From positions 1,359 to 65,358 of the forward strand of contig CAZZWK010000020.1 in assembly GCA_964657925.1 (NCBI GenBank): a DNA stretch of 64,000 nt. Direction: 5' to 3'. Below are positions 17,695-26,521 of the stretch, in pieces. The position numbers were made by a program, and so were the translations under genes. Numbering within the stretch: the stretch's first letter is position 1; each line of letters begins with the position of its first letter. Origin of the DNA: an uncultured Dictyobacter sp. GTDB lineage: Bacteria; Chloroflexota; Ktedonobacteria; Ktedonobacterales; Ktedonobacteraceae. Below the pieces are notes generated by a model. It did no database searches. It saw nothing but the letters and a program-made list of their open reading frames with translations, and had not been told where the DNA came from.

Positions 17695-20461
17695 CGAAAT
17701 CTCCTGTATTGGTTTCCCACACAAACTCACTCACATACGACCGACCATCCTGCTGCAACCAGAGGTCATCGCGGTCAGGTAACATCTCGGTGATGATCAC
17801 ACCGTCCGTCTCAGCACGCACTGTAGCCTCCAGTAAAGCAAGCGAAAAATAGTTTTCAAAATCGACGTACAGCGGTTTGTACGTTCGTCTTTTTCGCTCC
17901 ACTCCCTGAGCACCATCAGGCTTCACATCCAGGGTCACAAAAACGCTAGCCGGTAGCTTGTGCTTTTTGCGCCAACGCGCGACTCCCAGGAAAAAGTCAG
18001 CGTCGCTCTGGCCGCTTTGCCGCCGCGGGAAAACGCCCGCTTCCAGTTTCCAATAGGCTCGCTGTAAAATCAAGCGTTTATACCTGAGTCGGGGATAAAA
18101 GACTACACCCTCCCGCTTGATACATCTGCCCTCTACTAGCTCACTGGGCACGTTCTTCCATAGATCGAGCAGGCACGTCGTCACAAACGTAAAGTTGAAC
18201 AATACCTGCTGTATCTCCGGTAATGCCATAGGCAACAAAAACCCCAGGTAGAGAGGAATCACTTCTTTACCCAGCCGTTTCGAATAGAGGCGCAACCGTC
18301 CCTGCTCACCATCATCTTGAATGCACAGATCTTCAAGCAAAATCTGTTCATCCTGTGGACGTGAACTTAGATCTCCGGGACAGACAAGTTCATATGCCGT
18401 TACCTGAGGGTGCAGATTCAGGTTCGTCGCATCATAGCCCCCTTTTAACTCCGCGAACACTGCCCCCCGCGGCTGTAGCTGCTCCAGATGCTCGCGTAAC
18501 TCGCAGACAAAATCCTGCCCCTCTTCCGCGTCAAAAAAATGGGCGAAGCGCGAAAACATCAAGGTACAACCTGTATAAATATGATTGATCACAAGACGAG
18601 CCTCATCATTGACCCGCAGGTACTGCGAAAAATACGATTGTGAAGCAAAAGGCGCACCACTCCTCGGCACGTATGGCAATAGCTCTGCAACAAAATCATC
18701 TTCGAGCACCAGTTCATCCTGACCCGCTGGCAGATCTCTATATGCTCGCTCGACAGCGTTGGTCAGCACCTGTTGCGCACTATTTAACTGCTCGATCTCC
18801 GCTTGTTGAAAAAAATTCACATAACGTCTGCCCGAGGTGGTCCCCACTGTCCCCGCGTTTTTTAGATAATGGACGAAAAAGCGCTGACGAAAATCGTAGG
18901 CGAAGGATAAAAAATCATCGCAACATCCGCCCACCCCATACCGGGCCTGAAAATATCCCCTGGTTACTAATCTTTTGGGCAGGTTGAGATCAAAAAGTGG
19001 CAGCACCTGTTGAAACTCGGCTGTGCTATCAAGCATCGGCTGCCACGCTGTTTCGTTGGCGACCAGCTTTTGAGGTCGGAACACCGTATCCTCGTAGAGA
19101 ACCGTCTGCGGAAGTGGAGTGTGCTCCTGCCCCAATAGCGCGTAACATGCGCGCACCAGTTGCTCGACCTCTGCACGTAGACCACGGCGTTCGACGGCTG
19201 ACGCGCGTTCATATGCCTTCGTCACTATCTCGACCCTCGCAAGCCTGCACGCAACCTCCTCTAGAGCAGGGATTTCTATAGCCCGTAATGCCTTGCGGTA
19301 GTAGGCTATAGGATATTTCTGGTGCATATCCACGGCGAGATCAGGAACGACCAGCAGCCCCAGGCGTATAAGATGCGCCAGGTAAGCACCAACCTCCTCA
19401 CACGCGTTTTGAAATGGCGGCAGGTTGCAGAGATCGGCCAGGAGTTGGTGAAAGCGCAGACGACGCCCATCACCCAGCAGATCGATGATGGCGCCTAAAA
19501 GCGATCCGACTGGCAGGTAAAAAATATTTTCATGCACGACCTCCAATGGCGCAACATCACTTTCATCTCTCTCATCCTCACTTTGCATGCGACGCACGTA
19601 TCTGATCTGACCATGCTCCACGCGCCAGCCCGGCGTCAGACTCAGTGGCAGTTCCGCTCGCGTTTGAGGATGGGCCACGATCAGCGCCGCGAGTTTCGTC
19701 AAAATAGCCATATTCAGGCGCGTAAAACTCTTCTTCTGCACATCATCCGCCTGGTAGATGATATCTTTATCACCGGGCAAGGGCGCGAACTTACCCGCGC
19801 ACACCGCAGTAAACGTGCTAAATGGACTCGTCTTGTACGCGCTACGCAAGAGATATTCGAACAGCGAACGCTCAACCGTGCGCAGCGAACGATTGAGTTG
19901 CCGGTGATCGGAGGCAAGATAGGCATCGGTAACGCTGTCGAGGGCTGGACTGGCAAGCGCGATACCTCGACGAAAGTCTTCTATCGCGATGACCTTTTTG
20001 AGCAATACACGCTTCTGATCCATTTCCTGCGACAATATTTCCTGCCCACTCGCCAATAAAAACCGCCACTGCTCCCACATCTGCACCCATTCGGCGAGCA
20101 ACACATACGTCCCCGCGGGAAGAACGCTGGCGAACCTGCTCACCTCTTCGCTCGCGGCAAAGGGTCTCATATTGAAAACATCCCGTTTCACCTGGAGTAG
20201 ACGACTCCTGAGCACTCGCTCCTGAGCGCAAGCACCAATCGCATCATGCAATGCATCCACCAGACTGTCCCTACAGCTGATCAGTTTCTCCTCAAGCGCC
20301 ACGACAGTCTCTATCCACGCAGTGGTTTCGCGAAATTGTAAAACATCGACCGTGTCGGTAGGAAGTCCGCCCACGCGTAACAAAAACGGCGATGTGATCG
20401 TCTTATCCACTGCACCTATAGCACCTGTCATAACATCTTCCCCTCTCGCTCGCATATGCAC
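17687..20461 (-). CDS. LanB-type lantibiotic dehydratase, N-terminal (tRNA-Glu-dependent glutamylation) type
   Basis: 924 aa. It has SPFLLRVGGLPTDTVDVLQF near the N-terminus and a ...YKPLYVDFENYFSLALL... tail typical of Lant_dehydr_N proteins. I recognised no elimination domain. The start may be ATG 20431 (MTGAIGAV), which has a purine-rich SD. Confidence 0.8.
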   Translation of the reverse strand: MHMRARGEDVMTGAIGAVDKTITSPFLLRVGGLPTDTVDVLQFRETTAWIETVVALEEKLISCRDSLVDALHDAIGACAQERVLRSRLLQVKRDVFNMRPFAASEEVSRFASVLPAGTYVLLAEWVQMWEQWRFLLASGQEILSQEMDQKRVLLKKVIAIEDFRRGIALASPALDSVTDAYLASDHRQLNRSLRTVERSLFEYLLRSAYKTSPFSTFTAVCAGKFAPLPGDKDIIYQADDVQKKSFTRLNMAILTKLAALIVAHPQTRAELPLSLTPGWRVEHGQIRYVRRMQSEDERDESDVAPLEVVHENIFYLPVGSLLGAIIDLLGDGRRLRFHQLLADLCNLPPFQNACEEVGAYLAHLIRLGLLVVPDLAVDMHQKYPIAYYRKALRAIEIPALEEVACRLARVEIVTKAYERASAVERRGLRAEVEQLVRACYALLGQEHTPLPQTVLYEDTVFRPQKLVANETAWQPMLDSTAEFQQVLPLFDLNLPKRLVTRGYFQARYGVGGCCDDFLSFAYDFRQRFFVHYLKNAGTVGTTSGRRYVNFFQQAEIEQLNSAQQVLTNAVERAYRDLPAGQDELVLEDDFVAELLPYVPRSGAPFASQSYFSQYLRVNDEARLVINHIYTGCTLMFSRFAHFFDAEEGQDFVCELREHLEQLQPRGAVFAELKGGYDATNLNLHPQVTAYELVCPGDLSSRPQDEQILLEDLCIQDDGEQGRLRLYSKRLGKEVIPLYLGFLLPMALPEIQQVLFNFTFVTTCLLDLWKNVPSELVEGRCIKREGVVFYPRLRYKRLILQRAYWKLEAGVFPRRQSGQSDADFFLGVARWRKKHKLPASVFVTLDVKPDGAQGVERKRRTYKPLYVDFENYFSLALLEATVRAETDGVIITEMLPDRDDLWLQQDGRSYVSEFVWETNTGDFDE

Positions 20462-20492
20462 ACCTGCACCGGTTGATACATCTGCCCTCTAC

Positions 20493-22139
20493 CTAAACAA
20501 ATTGAGCATTGAAACTGGCATTATTTTTGAGGCCATAGCCGATGGGGAGAAAAAGCATCGAACGCTCGTCCATACCATCCAGGCCAAGGGCTGTGTTCAA
20601 GGCAAGATTGTCGAATCCGAGCGCGGCCCCACAATTGAAACCGAGAGCGCTCGATGCCAGATAAGCACTTTGCGCCACCAGTCCCACCTCGGCATTCAAA
20701 ATTCTATAACCCCGATTTCCATAAGCGGCGAGCATGCGATGCGGTTTTCCCACAATCACCAGCAGAGCCGCCACCTCGCCCAGGTTATAGTTGCGCAGAA
20801 AGTAGTGCTGCTGGAGAAAAAGAGAAAAATCCTGACGAGACACCTCCCACAAACAGTGTCGCGTGGAGTCATACGCGTAGGCACCGCGTTGGAGACCCTC
20901 GATATTGTTTACAAATATCATCAAACGTGTGAAAGCAGGCGTTTCATCCTGATCGCTGCGATACGAGCGACAGGCCGACACAAAGGCAAGCATCGTCGCG
21001 AAATGCGCTAATTGCAGGGGGCAACAACTTGAAAAACGCCCAAACCCCGATTGCCGCCGCCGAAAAATGTCCAGCAGGTCGTCTTCAAGCAACGCCTGCA
21101 CCGGCTCAGGAAGCGCGATAGCCCCCCTGAATTCACCTGACTCGCCGGGCTGACTAAACCAGTCGCAACTCGCTTCGCGCACGACCTTGGCATCAGGAAG
21201 CGGCTCTTCTGAAATTAGAGAGGAGAAATGCACCGCTTCGACGGTAGGGAACCGCGTCACACGTTTGGAGCGCTGGAACGCTGGTCTTGTAACGTATGGC
21301 TCGCTCTTCCCTGGCAACAATTCCCGTTGCCCAGAAGATTCGTCGTGTTCGCCGCAAGCGGGAAGGGGAATCACCACAAAAGCGCTCTCAGACGCCGTTT
21401 CAAGGCCGAGCAGCCGATTCAATTCTTCGTCGCAATACCAGAAGAGAAAAGGCAGGTCAATACCTAAACCCGTACCCAATAGGCGTAAAGATCCCAAAAG
21501 TGCCCCTACATCCTGGGTAACCACGTGGTAAGCATACGAATGATACTTGAAGGCATTCTTCCAGAAGTTGAGCGATACGACAAGAAACTGATCGGTCGCC
21601 AGCGCGGTAGGATGATTGCGTACGGCGACACGAATGCGTCGCGTAAAGTCACCAACCAATAAACGTGCCAGCGCGTGATGGGCCGGATCATAGTGATACA
21701 CACCCGCTCGCAAAGATCCACCTTGCCCACACACCCAGAAAAGTTCCGTGGGATACCTTCCCCCACCCGAGGCTGTACCACGTCCAAAGATGGTCTGAGC
21801 ATAACGCGTCCGCTCACGCTCGTCACGATTCCAATTCACATCAAAACGACGATTGAGCAGGCCGTGCGCGAAAAGCAATAGCGTGGAAAGATCCGCGAGA
21901 TTCATCCCAGCGGAGACCGCTAGTGGGGAACTGATGCGATCGAGTATATGCGCCATTGAGGCAAGCTTCCGCGGAACACAGTCCGGCAAGGGGAAACGCT
22001 CAACCTGTCGGTACACTTTATAACGCGAGGGTTGATCTTTCCAATCAGGAACAAAATTTTTCGGCTCCATCGGCTCGACACCGTGACGAAAAACAGCCTC
22101 AATATAGCGCGTACAAATATCCGTTTGTCGATTGAGCAT
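20493..22139 (-). CDS. SagB/McbC-type FMN-dependent azoline dehydrogenase
   Basis: DWKDQPSRYKVY is an N-terminal SagB-type signature. NFWKNAFKYHSYAYHVVTQDVGALLGSL carries the Lys-Tyr motif. The C-terminal nitroreductase fold reads NRGYRILNAEVGLVAQSAYLASSALGFNCGAALGFDN. I prefer ATG 22139 (SD ggaag upstream) because the ORF track start 22193 lies inside a hairpin. Confidence 0.8.
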   Translation of the reverse strand: MLNRQTDICTRYIEAVFRHGVEPMEPKNFVPDWKDQPSRYKVYRQVERFPLPDCVPRKLASMAHILDRISSPLAVSAGMNLADLSTLLLFAHGLLNRRFDVNWNRDERERTRYAQTIFGRGTASGGGRYPTELFWVCGQGGSLRAGVYHYDPAHHALARLLVGDFTRRIRVAVRNHPTALATDQFLVVSLNFWKNAFKYHSYAYHVVTQDVGALLGSLRLLGTGLGIDLPFLFWYCDEELNRLLGLETASESAFVVIPLPACGEHDESSGQRELLPGKSEPYVTRPAFQRSKRVTRFPTVEAVHFSSLISEEPLPDAKVVREASCDWFSQPGESGEFRGAIALPEPVQALLEDDLLDIFRRRQSGFGRFSSCCPLQLAHFATMLAFVSACRSYRSDQDETPAFTRLMIFVNNIEGLQRGAYAYDSTRHCLWEVSRQDFSLFLQQHYFLRNYNLGEVAALLVIVGKPHRMLAAYGNRGYRILNAEVGLVAQSAYLASSALGFNCGAALGFDNLALNTALGLDGMDERSMLFLPIGYGLKNNASFNAQFV

Positions 22140-22158
22140 AGTCTCTTCCTGCTCGCAC

Positions 22159-22201
22159 GATGACTTTGCCTCGCACAGGCGCGCGCAAGGCAAAAGTCAT
22201 C
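22159..22201 (-). promoter_or_regulatory. Intercistronic stem-loop between the precursor gene and the dehydrogenase gene
   Basis: gatgactttgcc (22159..22170) pairs with ggcaaaagtcatc (22189..22201) with a one-base bulge, and a few further inner pairs follow. It lies about 40 nt after the precursor stop and 19 nt before ATG 22139. Confidence 0.5.
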
Positions 22202-22240
22202 TACTCCGCGCCCACAAGGGAACGCGCCTACGCGATCAAA

Positions 22241-22444
22241 CTAAATCGTGCTACAACTACTGCTGCAACAACTTGTCGTGAAACATGTGTTACAGGATTG
22301 CACCGGCAAAGCCCCGTCGGCCTGCTCAGAAGTGATCAAATCTTCAATTTCAAATGTCTCTATGTCGAGCTGATGCAGTTCTTCTTGCAGGTTGCTAAAT
22401 GGACTCATTAGCTTCGGCATATGTTGTTGTTCCTGAATTGGCAT
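22241..22444 (-). CDS. RiPP precursor peptide (thiopeptide-like): leader plus Cys/Ser/Thr-rich core SCNTCFTTSCCSSSCSTI
   Basis: 67 aa: MPIQEQQHMPKLMSPFSNLQEELHQLDIETFEIEDLITSEQADGALPVQ-SCNTCFTTSCCSSSCSTI. A strong SD (aaggagga) lies 5-6 nt upstream of ATG 22444. In the last 18 residues, 15 are Ser/Thr/Cys. The gene sits between modification-enzyme genes. Confidence 0.85.
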   Translation of the reverse strand: MPIQEQQHMPKLMSPFSNLQEELHQLDIETFEIEDLITSEQADGALPVQSCNTCFTTSCCSSSCSTI

Positions 22445-22498
22445 CCTTTTCCTCCTTTCTCTCCTGATGATTTAAATACCAACCTCCGCCTCTATCAG

Positions 22499-24823
22499 TT
22501 ACGCGGACCTCGTCAGCAAAACAGTTCCACTCATCATCGTCCCCGCATTCCAGATATCAGCGGTGGTAGTATTCACAAAAAGAATGTCACGCCCCTGCTT
22601 ATAGAGATACTCTTCCAGATGCTGCACATCCACAAACGTTTTCTGAAAACTGCGCGTGGACGCAAGGGGCGAGACAAAATCGAACGTAGGGACAAATTCT
22701 GGAAGAAACAAATCTTTATCTATATGATGCTTATTCCCAGGCCCAACCACATTCCCATCTCTAGCGGCAAACGCGTAGGGCAAACCATGCGTTTGCTCTA
22801 CGCGTTCGCCCAGAGCTTCAGTAAGGTCGCCCCGCTTTTCATAAAGCAGCGTTTGCAACTTCCCTATCAACTGGAGTAATGCATTTCTGGCCGCATGAAT
22901 AGAAGAAAGCCCATAGCCGATTCCGCAAGGCTGCTGCACACTTTCGCCATTTGTGCAGACCGCCAGCATAAGAGGAAGTGGCGAAGCGGACAAAACCTCA
23001 AAAAGTGTGTACTGGTACTCGAAATGCCGTAGGCTGCGCAACAAAAAAGTCAGGTCCGCATCAATATCTTCCAGTGTTTCTGGGTCGATCACAGCCACCG
23101 CGATACGTCCCTGGAGCGCTTCTTGTATATGCTCATAAGCCAGGGCGGAGGTAAGACCCGTAGCCAGCATCTCCCCAAAACTCGTGTGCACTCCTGAGCC
23201 TGCTGAAGTCCTTTCAAAAACACAGCGCCGGTTGAGATAGCTAGTGGGGTAGACGGCTGCGGCAGGGACGTAACACACGCGTTGCCTGGAGAACGAAAAC
23301 GCTGGCAACCACTCACAGCGCGTGTCCTCCATAAAAGCAGCCACGCCCGACCAGCCAGCAAGTTGTTGTGCCACGATAGCATCTTTACCCTGTCGCACCA
23401 GCTCGCTACGCTTTGCCAACAGCATCGTGCGAACGTCGGGTAGACTGTTTGTATACTGCCCGATCGCCTCGCGTAAAACGGCCATACGCGCATCAAGCAG
23501 CGTCCCGCTCTCAAAGGCCATCACCACAGGGGAGGTCGAAAGCACCGGAGAGGCGACCGTCAGTTGGCTGACTTTGAGAGGAAGCTGGATCAATGTATCG
23601 TCCTGGTAATCACTCAACAAACCAGTATGCGCTTGCATGAGCACATCTGCGCGACGCAGGACATCGGCATCTGATACCCTATCTCGCTTCCCTTCGACAA
23701 CTTCGAGCAAGATTTGCGCAGCGCGCTCAGGACTACCCTGAGAACACAGCGGACAGAGCGGATACTGCATCAGGCTTTCGTGATAGGACTCCATCGTCTC
23801 CGTGTCCTGGCAGATAATCCCTGCATCCAGTTCCGAGGGGAGATGTCCTGCAAAGAGTTTGAAAAGCTCAAAACCGACGGCGTTACCGACATGCCTGGCG
23901 ATGGGAGTAAAAAATGTGGTATCTGCGCTGGTCAACGCGTTATCAAGCACAAAGGATTTCCATAGCGTGGTTCCCTGCTCTGCGGACATGCGCGCCGCAA
24001 GACGCACCTGCGCGCATAACCAGCACGGACCCCCCGGTTTTACGATTGGTCCAAGCACAGCCTGCCCTGCGCAAAAAACTACCGGTAGAAACTGGCATCC
24101 TTTACGCATACAGTTCTTTTGCAACGCGAGCACCTCCGTGAACGCACTCGTGTCCGAGCAGTAAACAACCGTATCGTAATCAGCTGATCTCTGAAAAGAT
24201 GGGGCGTCACGCGGATCAAAACCAATCTTCGACACACATACCTCGACCCCGGATTGGCATATGTTGTCCACCTCAGCCTCTAGTTGCCGTAGAGCAGTAT
24301 CCCCTTCATCCAATAATGCCAGGGAAAGGTCTCTGATCCCATTGCGCATCAAAGAAATCCCTAAAGCGACAAAAGCCTCGCCCGCACCAACAAGCAGCAC
24401 ACGACTCTGCCTGAACGCCTTGAATCTCTCCACCGGTCGGTCGGCATAGTGATCGATGAGCTCAATCTGCGCTCGAAAACGGCGCAGCACCTCGTCATCC
24501 AATAATCCGGCAGCCTCAGGGATGCATTGCTTGAGCACGCCCCTTTGCAACAACGTATCGATCAGACGTAGAACCGTCTCCCGTTGCGTTGCTCCTAGCC
24601 CCTCGCATAACTCATTTACCGTGTGCTCCCCATTCATATGTGGGCTTAAAGTGGCAAGCAATTGATACACGGATCTCCCTTTTAGTGAAAACACCGCATC
24701 ATCGCTTTGCAAGAAAACACCATCCCTGCTCTGCAGAAAAATTGAGTTCTGCTTGAGCTTTGGACGCACTTCAGCAAGGTTATCCATCATCCACTCCTGT
24801 CGGCGGGCGGCCTCTCTCATCAT
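22499..24823 (-). CDS. Ocin-ThiF-like (E1-like) RiPP maturation protein with an N-terminal RRE-type winged helix and a C-terminal degenerate YcaO-like region
   Basis: 774 aa. GRSVYQLLATLSPHMNGEHTVNELCEGLGATQRETVLRLIDTLLQRGVLK looks like a RiPP recognition element. VLLVGAGEAFVALGISL is a Rossmann-like glycine motif. The C-terminal half (ARMAVLREAIGQYTN, ERTSAGSGVHTSFGEMLATGLTSALAYEHIQ, GYGLSSIHAARNALLQL) parallels YcaO blocks with altered key residues, and there is no PxPxP tail. The start may be ATG 24790 or 24787, after an AGGAG. Confidence 0.65.
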   Translation of the reverse strand: MMREAARRQEWMMDNLAEVRPKLKQNSIFLQSRDGVFLQSDDAVFSLKGRSVYQLLATLSPHMNGEHTVNELCEGLGATQRETVLRLIDTLLQRGVLKQCIPEAAGLLDDEVLRRFRAQIELIDHYADRPVERFKAFRQSRVLLVGAGEAFVALGISLMRNGIRDLSLALLDEGDTALRQLEAEVDNICQSGVEVCVSKIGFDPRDAPSFQRSADYDTVVYCSDTSAFTEVLALQKNCMRKGCQFLPVVFCAGQAVLGPIVKPGGPCWLCAQVRLAARMSAEQGTTLWKSFVLDNALTSADTTFFTPIARHVGNAVGFELFKLFAGHLPSELDAGIICQDTETMESYHESLMQYPLCPLCSQGSPERAAQILLEVVEGKRDRVSDADVLRRADVLMQAHTGLLSDYQDDTLIQLPLKVSQLTVASPVLSTSPVVMAFESGTLLDARMAVLREAIGQYTNSLPDVRTMLLAKRSELVRQGKDAIVAQQLAGWSGVAAFMEDTRCEWLPAFSFSRQRVCYVPAAAVYPTSYLNRRCVFERTSAGSGVHTSFGEMLATGLTSALAYEHIQEALQGRIAVAVIDPETLEDIDADLTFLLRSLRHFEYQYTLFEVLSASPLPLMLAVCTNGESVQQPCGIGYGLSSIHAARNALLQLIGKLQTLLYEKRGDLTEALGERVEQTHGLPYAFAARDGNVVGPGNKHHIDKDLFLPEFVPTFDFVSPLASTRSFQKTFVDVQHLEEYLYKQGRDILFVNTTTADIWNAGTMMSGTVLLTRSA

Positions 24824-25098
24824 CTCGATATCTCGTACCTTCTCGACCTAGTATGAATGATTGTGCATACCCTTGTCTGTCCGTAATTCCCGCAACAAGC
24901 ATCAACGCACCCGCAACAAATGTCTACGGCGAAAAGAGTAGAACAATCGTAATCGAGCAAACAGGCAAAAATCTTCGCATTTTCCCATATCTAACAGGTT
25001 TCCCATCAGACAAGAAAAGTGAGAAAATACATGGTACGACCAGGGCAAGAAAATTTTTTCTTTTGATCAGATTCAAGAGGTGAAAGGGAAAACAATTC

Positions 25099-26508
25099 GT
25101 GTTCGCGTATTTCGCATACAGCCATCAAAACCAGTCTCACCCACCGAGGCAGTCGCTCTCTCACAGCACATTGCCCACCCATCATCACGCTCGAAAACCA
25201 ATCCCTGACTCACAGCCCCTTCTTGCCGTGCGATCCACCCCCTGGCCGCATCACCACCTGATCTGGCAGTTCAGCATCCCCCGGCGCCTGTACGCTGGAC
25301 TGATCATCCTTGGCGTCTTCCTGCTTGTGCTTGCAGGGGCAGGCATCTCCTCCTATTTCACCTTCTCCGGCCCTCTCAGCCAGATCGTCGGTCAGCAAGC
25401 ATCATGCGCCAAAAATGGCGCGGGTAATGTCAATTCCGGTCGCATCAATATCCTCCTGCTGGGTAGCGACAATGATGAGAAATTTCAAGGACGACCACTC
25501 GCCCAGACCGACATCGTCGTCACCATCGATCCATCAGCCAAAACAGTAGGCATGCTTTCCATACCACGCGATTTCTTCCTTAACGTGCCCGGCTACGGCA
25601 TGCACAAATTAGACGAGGCCTACAGCCTGGGTGGTGTAGCACTGAGTTGTCTCACTATCGAGCAGGATTTCGGCATTCCTCTGGGCTATTATGCCTGGGT
25701 CGGCCTGGATGGCTTTATCAACGTGATCAATACCATGGGTGGGATCGATGTCGATGTCACACACACTATCGTCGACGACAACTATCCCGATGATATCAAC
25801 AACAACAGCGATCCCTATGCCTTGCAACGCCTCTATCTTGCTCCCGGCCCACAACACCTCAATGGACAACAAGCATTAGAATACGTACGCTCACGACATG
25901 CCGACCTTGTGGGCGACTTCGGACGCTCGGCACGCCAGCAGCAGGTGTTGATCGCGCTCAAGAGCAAGCTCGATAACCCTGCTATCTTCGGCAAACTCTC
26001 GACTATCGCCAACGAGTTAAAAGGATCAGTCAAAACAGATATGCAGCTTTCTGATGTCTTGCAGGTGATGAATTTCGCACGCGAACTCAATGTCAATAGT
26101 ATTCACAGACTGGTGCTAGGACCACCCTACTCAACAGCAGGCACAGCGCCCGCTGACTCCGGTACGGACGCAGGCGTCTCCGTCGTTTTTCCAGATTGCC
26201 CAAAGATTCTCACCGCGTTACAACAACTCTTTGGGCAAAGCATGCAGCCTATGTGCAATGTTGAGGGCAATCCTGGAGTGAGCTTTTCAGAAAATGCTCT
26301 GACAACCCTTACGACGAACTCTCGCTCACTGTCCAGCACCACTTCCACAGCGTTCGATATCAACTCATCCGCCAGGCTCCCCTTGATCGGGGAAAATAAC
26401 CAGACAGCAGGCCCGCTCGCTGGCCCCAGTGCTCTGTTTGGATGGCGCAGCCTGCTCGATCTACAGCTCCTGGGAGTCTTTGAATCACCAGATGCACTTC
26501 GGGTATAA
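25099..26508 (+). CDS. LytR-CpsA-Psr (LCP) family cell-envelope phosphotransferase
   Basis: It has an N-terminal TM segment, then INILLLGSDNDEKFQGRPLAQTDIVVTIDPSAKTVGMLSIPRDFFLNVPGYGMHKLDEAY and ALEYVRSRH. The GTG start is uncertain. Confidence 0.8.
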   Translation: MFAYFAYSHQNQSHPPRQSLSHSTLPTHHHARKPIPDSQPLLAVRSTPWPHHHLIWQFSIPRRLYAGLIILGVFLLVLAGAGISSYFTFSGPLSQIVGQQASCAKNGAGNVNSGRINILLLGSDNDEKFQGRPLAQTDIVVTIDPSAKTVGMLSIPRDFFLNVPGYGMHKLDEAYSLGGVALSCLTIEQDFGIPLGYYAWVGLDGFINVINTMGGIDVDVTHTIVDDNYPDDINNNSDPYALQRLYLAPGPQHLNGQQALEYVRSRHADLVGDFGRSARQQQVLIALKSKLDNPAIFGKLSTIANELKGSVKTDMQLSDVLQVMNFARELNVNSIHRLVLGPPYSTAGTAPADSGTDAGVSVVFPDCPKILTALQQLFGQSMQPMCNVEGNPGVSFSENALTTLTTNSRSLSSTTSTAFDINSSARLPLIGENNQTAGPLAGPSALFGWRSLLDLQLLGVFESPDALRV

Positions 26509-26521
26509 AGAGGAGCAGCAC

